From positions 288,001-352,000 of the forward strand of contig CAVSAC010000012.1 of the NCBI GenBank assembly GCA_963725865.1: a DNA stretch of 64,000 bases, written 5' to 3'. A program made the translations under genes and the position numbers. The notes under the pieces were generated by a model, which had not been told where the DNA came from, searched no databases, and was given only the letters and a program-made list of their open reading frames with translations. Positions 12,075-21,428 of the stretch are shown here, piece after piece; positions within the stretch are counted from its first letter, which is position 1, and every line of letters begins with the position of its first letter. The DNA is from Candidatus Eiseniibacteriota bacterium (GTDB lineage: Bacteria > Eisenbacteria > RBG-16-71-46).

Positions 12075-12200
12075 CGGCGCGCCGGGCCTCCCACGCGGCC
12101 AGCGGCGCGTGAGGCAGCGGCGGACCGGTTGAGCGCGCGGGAGCGCGGACGTACGCTTGAGGCGGATCCAAAGCACCGGGATGTGAAGGAGGATGCCGCC

Positions 12201-12386
12201 ATGACCGTCCAGCTCACCGAATCCGAGCGCAGCGTGCTGTTGGAACTGCTCGAAGCCGCTCACCGCGAACGACTTCACGAACTCCATCGCACCGACGCGC
12301 TGGCCTACAAGGGGCTCCTGCGCGAGCAGATCGCAAAGCTCGAGCAGTTGACCGAGAAGCTCATCCCGGCGGGCCAGCCCGTCTGA
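12201..12386 (+). CDS. Small helical hypothetical protein (61 aa)
   Basis: Strong RBS aaggagg before the ATG; amphipathic-looking MTVQLTESERSVLLELLE... Confidence 0.7.
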   Translation: MTVQLTESERSVLLELLEAAHRERLHELHRTDALAYKGLLREQIAKLEQLTEKLIPAGQPV

Positions 12387-12545
12387 ACGGCTAGCCGAGC
12401 CCGGAGTCGAGCGCGGCACGCGAGCGGGCGAACGCGTCGGGGACGCCACGAAATCCTCCTCGCCGCGATCGCCTCCCGGTAGACTTCGTGCTGTCGTGCG
12501 GCATCGATGTCGCGCGGCCGTTCGACCTTTCGACCGGAGCACCGC

Positions 12546-14294
12546 ATGCCCAGACGCCTCTGCGCCCCAAGCGCGCTCGCGGCGATCGTCCTGGCGATCG
12601 TCGCGGCCTGGCCGCCCCGTCTCATCGCCGCGCCATCCGCTGGGCCCGGTGCGCCCGCCATCCACGGCGCGATCGCCCAGCCGATCGAGAGCGCCGCGCC
12701 GCTCCCCGCGCAGATCGTGCAGCGCGCGGCGGTGCGCGCACTGGCGGCGCCCGAGGGCGCGTGGAACGCCCAGCTCTATCCGTCATACACCTGGCCGCTC
12801 GAGCACGTGCTGCACGAGGGCGTGAACATCGTCAACTACGTCGACGAGGATCCGACCGCCGGCATCCTCGACTACCGCGGTGGCGCATACACGTACGACA
12901 CGCACCGCGGGACCGACATCGCCTTGAACGACTTCCGCGCGATGGATCGCGGCCAGCGCATCGTCGCCGCCGCGCCGGGCGTGGTGACGTACGCGGTGTG
13001 GGCGAACCTGCGCGACCGCAACTGCGCAGTGCCGGACGATCCGACGCTCAACTACATCGAGGTCGCCAACGGCGACGGCACCTACACCTACTACTACCAC
13101 CTGCGAGCGAACTCGATGACCGTCAACCTCGGCGAGTCCGTCCAGCGCGGCGAGGTGCTGGGGCTCGCGGGGAGCAGCGGCTACTCGTACGGCCCGCACC
13201 TGCACTTCGAGGCGGCCGACTGGCTGGGCGGCCCCTACGTGCGGCGCGACCCGTGGGGCGGTCCGTCGAATCCCAATCCCGGCCTATGGGCCGCGCAATC
13301 GCCGTACGTCGGCGACGAACCCATTCGCTTCGACGACGCGTATGTCACCACCGAGACCGCGATGGGCGGCAACATCAACAACGTCGACTACTGCACCTAC
13401 TTCGCCGAGCGCATGACGCAGCCCGCGGTGATCGGCATCCACGAGCCCTACCTGCCGGTGATCCTGCTGCTCCACGCGCGGGTCGGCGAGACCTACCGCG
13501 TCGAGCTGCGCAGGCCCGACGCGTCGCTGTGGGCGTGGGTGGACTACACCATGCCCGGCGACATGTCCGAGGGCAGCCACTGGTGGGCGTGGTACTGGAA
13601 CGGCTACGTGAACGCGGCCGACTACGGCACGTGGACCGCCGTGACGCTGCTCGGCGGCGTGCCGGTGCGCACGGTCCCGTTCGTGGTGGGCCCGGGCACG
13701 ATCTACTCGCCGCGCTTCGTGCCGCGCGACGGGCACTCGTTCCGCATCGACGGCGCAGTGCATCGCGACACGCTGCACGTGTCGCCGCTCGGCGGACCGG
13801 TCACCTACTCGCTGCGCGGCGCTCCGAGCACCGTGACGCTGGCGGACTCGATCCTCACGGTGGGTGCGACCTCGAGCCAGCCCACGCGCTCGGCGTACTT
13901 CCAGCTCATCGCCACCGATGCCGGCGCGCGCACCGACACCGCCTGGTACCACGTCGTGGATCCGGTCAAGCCGCAGGAGCCGATCGCGGCGGTCGAGGCC
14001 GCGGTGCCGACTGCACTCACGCTGGCGCCCGCGTACCCGATGCCCGCGCACGGTGCGGCGACGCTGCGGTTCGCGCTGCCGCGCGCGGGCCGCGTGACGC
14101 TCGCGATCCACGACCTGGCCGGCCGGCGCGTGCGCACGCTGATCGATGGCTCGTTCGTGCCCACCGGGGGGGGCCGGGCCGTGACGTGGGACGGCCGCGA
14201 CAATGCGGGCCAGCGCGCGCCGGCGGGTGTCTACTTCGCGCTGCTCGGCTTCGAGGGCGAGCGACTCAGCCAGCGGGTGGTGGTGTTGCCGTGA
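12546..14294 (+). CDS. M23 family metallopeptidase with FlgD/T9SS-like C-terminal domain
   Basis: Signal peptide; HRGTD (HxxxD) and PHLHFE (HxH) zinc motifs; tail IHDLAGRRVRTL...WDGRDNAGQRAPAGVYF. Confidence 0.88.
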   Translation: MPRRLCAPSALAAIVLAIVAAWPPRLIAAPSAGPGAPAIHGAIAQPIESAAPLPAQIVQRAAVRALAAPEGAWNAQLYPSYTWPLEHVLHEGVNIVNYVDEDPTAGILDYRGGAYTYDTHRGTDIALNDFRAMDRGQRIVAAAPGVVTYAVWANLRDRNCAVPDDPTLNYIEVANGDGTYTYYYHLRANSMTVNLGESVQRGEVLGLAGSSGYSYGPHLHFEAADWLGGPYVRRDPWGGPSNPNPGLWAAQSPYVGDEPIRFDDAYVTTETAMGGNINNVDYCTYFAERMTQPAVIGIHEPYLPVILLLHARVGETYRVELRRPDASLWAWVDYTMPGDMSEGSHWWAWYWNGYVNAADYGTWTAVTLLGGVPVRTVPFVVGPGTIYSPRFVPRDGHSFRIDGAVHRDTLHVSPLGGPVTYSLRGAPSTVTLADSILTVGATSSQPTRSAYFQLIATDAGARTDTAWYHVVDPVKPQEPIAAVEAAVPTALTLAPAYPMPAHGAATLRFALPRAGRVTLAIHDLAGRRVRTLIDGSFVPTGGGRAVTWDGRDNAGQRAPAGVYFALLGFEGERLSQRVVVLP

Positions 14295-14331
14295 CGCCGG
14301 CCCCGGGCGGAGCCGGCGCTGCGGCGAGCGC

Positions 14332-14640
14332 TCATCGCACGCGCACGATGCGCGCGATCCGATCGACTCCCTCCGCCCGCAGGCGAGCGAGGTAGATGCC
14401 GGGTGCCACCGCGGCGGCCGGCATCCAGCGCGCGACGTGCTCGCCGGACGCCTGCGCGCCCTGCGCCAGCGTGGCCACGCGCGCTCCGCGCAGTTCGAAC
14501 ACCTCGAGCCGCACCTGCGCCGCACGCGGCAGCACGTAGCGCAGCTCGACCGCGTCGCGCGCGGGATTGGCGCTCGACACGCTCAGTCGCAGCGCGCCCG
14601 GCGCGCTGGTCGCTGGCACCGCGAGCCGCGCCACGATGCA
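14332..14640 (-). pseudogene. Orphan FlgD/T9SS-like C-terminal domain fragment
   Basis: ANPARDAVELRY...VFELRGARV...APGIYLARL with no signal peptide or passenger domain upstream. Confidence 0.7.
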
Positions 14641-14828
14641 GCTATCGGGGATCTGCACGTTGATCGCGCGAAGCCCGGACAATTGACCGAGAAGCTGTTG
14701 CCGGCGGGCCATGATATGTTGGGCGCGGACAGGAGCCCCTCCCGCGTCCCCAGGCGAAGCATCGCCAGCCAACTCACCACCGGTGGACGCGTCCTTCTTG
14801 GAGCGTCGCTTCCGCGAGGAGCGAATGC

Positions 14829-15362
14829 ATGTCCCTGCACATCGAGAAGATCAGGATTCCGGTCCGACTCGCCCAGCCGCACCTCGACCCTCGGGACGGC
14901 TGGTTTCTGCTGTTCCCGCGCATCGCTGGAGAACAACGCCCCGAGACCGTTCTCGAACTGCTCAATTCCTCGCGCAGCGTCATCCCATTCATCGAGGCCG
15001 ACGAGGGCAGCGTGCTGCTGCTGACGCGCACCAACATCGACTGGGTCGCGGTGGGTTCGGGCGCGCCCGAGCACCTGATCCTCCCACCGGGCGCCCCTGC
15101 GACTCATGAGCAGGCGGTGCAGCTGCGGTTCGTCGACGAGAGCCGGGTGGATGCCGTCATCGGGTGGCGGGCGGAAGGGGATCGCACGCGGCTCTCCGAC
15201 TTCCTCGATGCGAGCGGACCGTTCATAGCTGTGGGCGCCGGGTTCGGGACGCTGATCGTCAACAAGCAGCGCATTCGCGAGACCCGCATCACGATCGTGG
15301 CCCCATCGGAAGGCGACTCGCTCGCGAGCCCGGCCCGCCGAATCCAGGCAGGCCCTCGCTGA
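14829..15362 (+). CDS. Hypothetical protein with two similar halves
   Basis: RBS gaggag. The halves resemble each other (ETVLELLNSSRSVIPF / TRLSDFLDASGPFIAV). Confidence 0.7.
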   Translation: MSLHIEKIRIPVRLAQPHLDPRDGWFLLFPRIAGEQRPETVLELLNSSRSVIPFIEADEGSVLLLTRTNIDWVAVGSGAPEHLILPPGAPATHEQAVQLRFVDESRVDAVIGWRAEGDRTRLSDFLDASGPFIAVGAGFGTLIVNKQRIRETRITIVAPSEGDSLASPARRIQAGPR

Positions 15363-15478
15363 GTTCACTTGCGTCCGGTCGCGCGCTCGTCCTGGCCGCG
15401 CAGGCGTGGTTCAGGAGTCCACGACGATCGGAGCTGGGGAGGGGGAGTAGGTGTAGTCATGGCGCCGTAGCCAACGAC

Positions 15479-16036
15479 TCAGAGCCACAGGTCGAATCCG
15501 AGCCTGAGCCCGACGGTCGTCAGTCGCGGTCGCCCGAATGCATCCGACGACCGCAGATAGTCCGCCCGCACCTCCGCGCGAACCGCGCCGTGATCGCCGC
15601 GGATCCGATGACGAACGCCGAGCCCGCCTCCATAGCCCGGCGACGTCGAGGCATATGCCGCACTTCCCTCGTGGTAGAAGCCCGCACCGAAGGAAGCCGT
15701 CGGCGCGGTGGTCCTGTCCGCGCGAAAGGCGAATTCGTAGCTGAATTGGACCACGACCATGTTCAGGGTCGAGCCACCCTCGTCGAGATTCAGCATCCCG
15801 GTATCCACGAACAATGCATGAGTGTGGTGATCATCCGCGAGTCCGACCCGCAGTCCGGGCTGGTAGGTGATGACGCTGGATGGCCACGCGACGGAGGTGC
15901 TGCGCCCGCTGCCGCGGACGTCGCTCTGGATGGACGCCAACCCCAGGTGGGAGCCCAGCGTCAAGGCCGCGCTCCACGCGACGGTGGGCAGTAGCAGGGC
16001 GATGGCAGGCAGTACGCGAAACCAACGTCGAGTCAT
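15479..16036 (-). CDS. Small outer-membrane beta-barrel protein
   Basis: Signal peptide, alternating amphipathic strands, C-terminal GLRLGFDLWL. Confidence 0.75.
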   Translation of the reverse strand: MTRRWFRVLPAIALLLPTVAWSAALTLGSHLGLASIQSDVRGSGRSTSVAWPSSVITYQPGLRVGLADDHHTHALFVDTGMLNLDEGGSTLNMVVVQFSYEFAFRADRTTAPTASFGAGFYHEGSAAYASTSPGYGGGLGVRHRIRGDHGAVRAEVRADYLRSSDAFGRPRLTTVGLRLGFDLWL

Positions 16037-16191
16037 GTGCGGCTCCTCGATTCGAGTACGGAGTACAATCCTCCCGCAGTCTGACAGAAGGTTGGGTCGC
16101 GCTCCATACGACGATCGGATCGCTGGGTCCGGCTTCGTGGGGTCGCAGCCATGGTCGCTCGAGGAGGGGAGCATTGCGCCGCCGAACCCAA

Positions 16192-17022
16192 GTGAAGGTA
16201 TGCGTGCTGGCTCTGGCGCTGCTCACGGTCTCCTGCTCGCAGGCGCCCACTGGGCCGAACGACTCGACGTGGCACTTCCTATCGGGCCACGTCGAACCAC
16301 TGCTCTTCGCGCCGTTCCGCGACGGCCGCAAGTGCTGGGTGTACCTGCCTCCGGGCTATGCGACCACCGACCGGCGCTACCCGGTCCTGTACTTCAACGA
16401 CGGTGAGGTGGTGTTCGACGTCGACGAAGGAATGCACGTCAATCGGGTCTGCGAGGAACTGATCCGAGGCGGGCAGATGGAACCCATCATCGTCGTCGCC
16501 ATCGCGAATGGCCCCGGGAATCAGCGGAATATCGACTACACGCCCTGGCCATCGCCCATCCTGAAGCCGAACGGGGGCGGGGACGCCTACGTTCGCGCCA
16601 TCCGCGACACGCTCAAGCCGGAGATCGATCGCCGCTTTCGCACGCTCACTGACCCCGAGCACACCGCCATGGCCGGCATGTCGCTGGGTGGGCTGATCTC
16701 AGCGTACGCAGCCTACGCGTACGGAGAGACATTCGGCAGGATCGCAGCGTTCTCGCCCACCTATGGCTACTACGACACCGCAGGCGTCTCGATGCCGGAA
16801 TTCGCGCAACGCATGGGACGATCGCGTCACTTCATCCGCTTCTACCAGGACACCGGCTGGCCACACGACAACTCCGTTGGCGCCATGGAGAGCGTCGCGC
16901 TCAGCCAGAGATTCAGGTCCGGGATCGACTTCATGTCGGTGACCCAGGCCGGGGCCGAGCACACCAACGCCGCGTGGACGCATCGCTGCCCCGAGATGCT
17001 CAAATTCCTCTTCCCTCGCTAG
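16192..17022 (+). CDS. Alpha/beta-hydrolase esterase, probable lipoprotein
   Basis: VYLPPGY...YPVLYFNDG; GMSLGG nucleophile motif; C-terminal H (AEHT); lipobox-like LTVSC. Confidence 0.85.
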   Translation: MKVCVLALALLTVSCSQAPTGPNDSTWHFLSGHVEPLLFAPFRDGRKCWVYLPPGYATTDRRYPVLYFNDGEVVFDVDEGMHVNRVCEELIRGGQMEPIIVVAIANGPGNQRNIDYTPWPSPILKPNGGGDAYVRAIRDTLKPEIDRRFRTLTDPEHTAMAGMSLGGLISAYAAYAYGETFGRIAAFSPTYGYYDTAGVSMPEFAQRMGRSRHFIRFYQDTGWPHDNSVGAMESVALSQRFRSGIDFMSVTQAGAEHTNAAWTHRCPEMLKFLFPR

Positions 17023-17564
17023 CCCGCCGCCCCGTCCGAGAGTTGCCGCTTCACGCCCTCGATGTGGTGTCGATCGTGTGCCATGCAGAAGAACAGCATC
17101 TCGCGGCCCGTGAGCGGCCCGAGCACCGGATGCACGAGCGCGCGAGCGTCGCACTGCTCTTCGGTCCACGTGGCGACTGAATCGCGCAGGCGGCGATCGG
17201 CGGCGGCGAACGCCGCGACCAGCGCGGCCTGATCCTGCGATGGCTCGATCGTCGCCGTGAGCGGGTTGTTCGAGATGAACGACGCCGGCGCGGTAGCGAG
17301 CCCCGCGAGGTAGGTGGCGCGTATCTCGTCGAAGGTGCGCGAGCGCCCGGTCGGATGCGGTGGCAGGGTCGCGCCAGCGCGGAAGCCCGCCCCGATGCGC
17401 GCGTGCGCCAGCGTGAGGTGCCCGAGGTGATACGCCGGGCCCCAGTGCATGGCGTCGCCGCGGAAGAACGACGCGGACGGAATGGCGGCGAAGAACGCCG
17501 CGACCTCGTCGCCGCTCGCCCGGAGCGCCGCGAGGATCTCGGGAAGCGTGGACGGTGCACGCAT
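17019..17564 (-). CDS. DinB/YfiT family protein
   Basis: WGPAYHLGHL, HPVLGPLTGREML and HDRHH motifs. Confidence 0.85.
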   Translation of the reverse strand: MRAPSTLPEILAALRASGDEVAAFFAAIPSASFFRGDAMHWGPAYHLGHLTLAHARIGAGFRAGATLPPHPTGRSRTFDEIRATYLAGLATAPASFISNNPLTATIEPSQDQAALVAAFAAADRRLRDSVATWTEEQCDARALVHPVLGPLTGREMLFFCMAHDRHHIEGVKRQLSDGAAG

Positions 17565-17955
17565 GGGGCGGGAGGGTAGCATGAGGGACAGGTGTGGGGC
17601 GTCCGCTTCCTCAGAAGACCGGGGCGGGACCGAGGACGAGTAAGACCGAGCGAATATCAGACATCGCTAGAAGCGAATAACAGACGGCCCGAGGAGTTAC
17701 ACATCCTTGGGCCGTTTGCGTCGTTGGGCAGGACTGGACGTGTGGAGACGCCAAAGGACCTTGAGCCCGTAGCCAGCAGTAGCCAACGCTTACGGCGATC
17801 TGGTCACTCGTCGAGTGGTCGAGCACGGGTCCAGTGGACCGGCTGGGTTGCCTGGGGCATGCTCCGAGCATGGTTAGAGGGAGTCGGCCGGATCGAAGGC
17901 ACTCCAAGTGATCGGCGGCTCGCTCCTGAGTGCACTTGTGGGTGCGGAGGTGACG

Positions 17956-18381
17956 ATGGCCGATGAGAGTCTCTACTTTGAGGGTCCAGACGCATTCGAT
18001 CGTCTGGAACACACGTTGCCACAGGGTCTACATGACGCGATGCTCTATCGATTCTCGGTCGACTTGGAGCAGAAGGAACTCGTCCTGCAGATGGCGGCGG
18101 ACGTGAGCCGGGGTGGTGAGGCGCGTCTGCAGTTGCGACCCTGCACCGTCAGGGTCAGCGGCCTGGCATTCTTCGGAGTTGAGTATGGCCTTCAAATCGA
18201 AGGGGGCATTGGGGCGGAATTCCAGGTGGATTCGGGCGTCGCCGATGCTCAACAACGGGCAAGAGTCCGACTTGAGCCCACGCCCCCTCGGTGCTTCGCA
18301 CACTACATCATGGCTCACTGGCTCAGCGGCGGAACCCTGGTCTTCGCGGGGCGCGGTGTGCGCCTGGAGTGGTCGGCATAA
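17956..18381 (+). CDS. Hypothetical protein (immunity-protein-like LHDA motif)
   Basis: RBS ggaggtg; GLHDAMLYRFSVD; lies in the lower-GC islet. Confidence 0.6.
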   Translation: MADESLYFEGPDAFDRLEHTLPQGLHDAMLYRFSVDLEQKELVLQMAADVSRGGEARLQLRPCTVRVSGLAFFGVEYGLQIEGGIGAEFQVDSGVADAQQRARVRLEPTPPRCFAHYIMAHWLSGGTLVFAGRGVRLEWSA

Positions 18382-18415
18382 GGGTTGAATCGGGCAGTCG
18401 GAGGGAAGTCTCACG

Positions 18416-19300
18416 ATGACACTCTCGAACGACGACAAGGCTTTCATCAGGGAACGAATCGCGATCACCTGGGCAAATCATTTCATAGTCACGTCTGCGC
18501 TCGTGAAGATTGGGCATAGACCTTGGAACGTCGGTCGGGAGATCGTCGCGAGGAATAACCTACCGCGCAACAGGCAGTTCTTTGACTTGCCTCGGATGCG
18601 CAATTCACGGGAGTTGAGGGCACGGGTGCAGGGCATGGTTGCGCTTCGCATCTGGCAGGAATATGTCGCGGCCATGGAGAACGCTGGTGCGTTCCTGCGT
18701 GCGATTGGGCTACGGAATGACGGTGGCGTGATGTGGCGCAACTTCAAGTACGAGGTGTCGGATGTACGCATGTTCTACCGGACGATAGCTCGGCGCCGGA
18801 GCATGGATGCTACGTCGGTCCTGGGGCTGCCGAGTGTTGCCGCACTTCGTGCGCAGGAGTGCCCTGCGAAGCTGTGGCAACGGGCAGAGCGAGTCTATCC
18901 CTGGGCCTCGCGGACGCTGCGCGCTGTTGCACGAACGTACGTGAGGACTGCGCTGGTACGTCCGGTAAAGCTCGTGTCGAGGGTGTCACGCACGGATCCG
19001 CGAAACCATGTCTATGTGTTCGTGGACGTGCCTGCGGCCGATGGCGAGGTGAGGAAAGCGCGTCGGGAGAGGAGGGGAGTGGTAGAGGTTGGCATGAACA
19101 AGCTAAAACACGGCTGCAATGCAACAACGGCACAGCCGCCGTGGGCGAATGCGCATGCGGGCCGCGGCATCTGGGCCATTCCAATCTCAACAAAGTGGGA
19201 GACGATCCGGCGGCTTGGTACGAGCAGCGACCTGATGGGGGCCCTGTGTCGGGAGCTGGGGCGTCTGGTTCTGGACTTGGACTCAGTCGGGGCAGTGTGA
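18416..19300 (+). CDS. Hypothetical protein, possibly HEPN-like
   Basis: 294-aa ORF with atypical codon usage; NKLKHG motif near the C-terminus. Confidence 0.55.
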   Translation: MTLSNDDKAFIRERIAITWANHFIVTSALVKIGHRPWNVGREIVARNNLPRNRQFFDLPRMRNSRELRARVQGMVALRIWQEYVAAMENAGAFLRAIGLRNDGGVMWRNFKYEVSDVRMFYRTIARRRSMDATSVLGLPSVAALRAQECPAKLWQRAERVYPWASRTLRAVARTYVRTALVRPVKLVSRVSRTDPRNHVYVFVDVPAADGEVRKARRERRGVVEVGMNKLKHGCNATTAQPPWANAHAGRGIWAIPISTKWETIRRLGTSSDLMGALCRELGRLVLDLDSVGAV

Positions 19301-19712
19301 TCGGAGGCGTACGTGCTGCTTCGCTCGATTGCGCACATCTCGAGGGTGATATGCCTCCCCAGGCACCGTTGAAGTCGCTGGATCCTCTCCCGCATAGCCG
19401 CTGACTCAAGGGTCGAGCCACGCCCATCGGGTCGGACACGTCTCGGTGGAACTAGGTCCCGGTCGAGCCTCTGGAGACGAGCAGCTACGTCGGAGGCGGT
19501 AGGGCGTCTGAATTCCGGTGTCGTGCGAGGCGCAGCGGCGATGCGCCGCATGACCGGGGCGGGAGTCACTGAATTGCGCGCGATGCGCCGCCCCGCGCGC
19601 CCTCCACGTTGCTTGACGCGATAGCTCAGCCTGGACGGCATGCTCCCAATGACGAGCCCACGATATGGAAGGAGGGGCGAGGCGAGGACGCAGGCACTCT
19701 TGGAAGGATTCT

Positions 19713-20184
19713 CGCCCGCACCTATCTCGTGCCGCGCCCCGGCACCCGCCTCACCGCGTACTTCACGAGCGCCGGCAGCTCGCGCGCGATCGAGTACAGG
19801 TCGCGCGGCTCCCAGAATCGCGCGTGCACCCACGCGAGCCGCGTGATCCCCACGCGCGCGAACGCAAATCGCGTGCGCGGCACGTGGAAGCCCTGCGTCA
19901 CGATCATCGCGCTGTGCAGGTGGTGCGCGGCGAGGTACATCCGCTTCCTCACCCGCCCTCCCGCCCGCATCTATCTCGTGCCGCGCCGCGGCACCCGCCT
20001 CACCGCGTACTTCACCAGCGCCGGCAGCTCGCGCGCGATCGAGTACAGGTCGCGCGGCTCCCAGAATCGCGCGTGCACCCACGCGAGCCGCGTGATCCCG
20101 ACGCGCGCGAACGCAAATCGCGTGCGCGGGACGTGAAAGCCCTGCGTCACGATCATCGCGCTGCGCAGATGATGGGCGTCGAGA
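19713..20184. repeat. Tandem duplication (period 249 bp) of the 3' end of the YdcF gene
   Basis: 19713-19935 matches 19962-20184; both encode SAMIVTQGFHVPRTRFAF...ELPALVKYAVRR. Confidence 0.92.
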
Positions 20185-20577
20185 TAGGCGCGCGCGTCGA
20201 GCGCGGTGTGCCAGGTATCCACGCCGCGCGGATCGGCCACGATCGCGCTGTCGGGCACACCCCGCGCCATCAGCCACGCCTTCATGCACGCGGCCTCGTC
20301 GTAGCCGTTGGGATCCATCCCGCCCGAGACCATGAGCCGCGGCACCAGGCCGGCGCGGTAGACCTCGAGCCCGCTCGCGCAGCGCGCGCGCAGGCGCGGC
20401 GAGCAACGTGCCGTCGGGCGCCACGCGGGTCGCGAGTATCACGCCGAGGTCGGCGGGCACGCGGCGATCGCGCACGCCGATCGCGACCAGGAGCGCACCG
20501 GCAACCGCCCCCGCGAGCGCCGCGGCGATCGCGAGCCGCACCGCCAGCCACCCCAGGGCGCGCAGCCGGCGCCACAT
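19971..20577 (-). CDS. YdcF/SanA (DUF218) family protein, frameshift near 20400
   Basis: N-terminal TM helix, LMVSGG, EAACMK, DTWHTA, VTQGFHVPR, RE motifs. Confidence 0.8.
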
Positions 20578-20584
20578 GCCGCGC

Positions 20585-21361
20585 CTACATCCCCAGGATG
20601 TGCCAGCCGGCGTCCACGTAGAGCGTGGTGCCGGTGATGCCGCTCGCCATGTCGCTGAGCAGGAACAGGCCGGCGGTGCCGACCTCCTCCTTGGTGATGT
20701 TGCGCTCGAGCGGCGCGGCGCCGCTGTGCTCCTTGAGCATGTCCGTGAAGCCGCGGATGCCGCGCGCGGCCAGCGTGCTGACCGGGCCGGCCGAGATACA
20801 GTTCACGCGGATCTTCTTCGGACCCAGTTCGTACGCCATCTGGCGCGTGCTCTGCTCCAGCACCGCCTTGGCGCTGCCCATCACGTTGTAGTTGGGGATC
20901 GCGCGCGTAGCAGCCAGGTAGGTGAGGGTGACCACGCTGCCACCGTTCTTCTCGAGCAGCGGCTCCATCCGCCCGACCACGTTGATGAACGAGAACGCGC
21001 TCACGTCCATCGCGAGCTGGAACCCCTCGCGCGGCGTGTGCACGAAGCTGCCCTCCAGGTCCTCCTTGCGCGCGAACGCGATGCCGTGCACCAGCGCGTC
21101 GAGCGAGCCCCAGCGACCTTCGATCTTCTGCTTCACCTCGTCGATCTCATAGTCCTTGGTGACGTCGCATTCGGTGGTGAACGCGTGCGGCAGCGTGGCC
21201 GCCAGCTCCTCGACTGTGGACTTGAGGCGCTCGCCCGCGTACGTCAGGCACAGCCGCGCGCCGGCGGTGGCGAGGCACTGGGCGATCGCCCACGACAGGC
21301 TGCGGTGGTTGGCGACACCCATCACCAGTGCGTGCTTGCCTCGCATGTCGATCTGGTACAC
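20585..21361 (-). CDS. fabI: Enoyl-ACP reductase FabI
   Basis: GVANHRSLSWAIA, YNVMGSAKA, ISAGPVSTLAA; strong RBS. Confidence 0.95.
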   Translation of the reverse strand: MYQIDMRGKHALVMGVANHRSLSWAIAQCLATAGARLCLTYAGERLKSTVEELAATLPHAFTTECDVTKDYEIDEVKQKIEGRWGSLDALVHGIAFARKEDLEGSFVHTPREGFQLAMDVSAFSFINVVGRMEPLLEKNGGSVVTLTYLAATRAIPNYNVMGSAKAVLEQSTRQMAYELGPKKIRVNCISAGPVSTLAARGIRGFTDMLKEHSGAAPLERNITKEEVGTAGLFLLSDMASGITGTTLYVDAGWHILGM

Positions 21362-21428
21362 GGCTCCTCCTTGGCGCGGCGCGGCGGGTGGGGCCCGCGC
21401 GCACGGGTCCGGCGCTCAGCGGGTCCGA

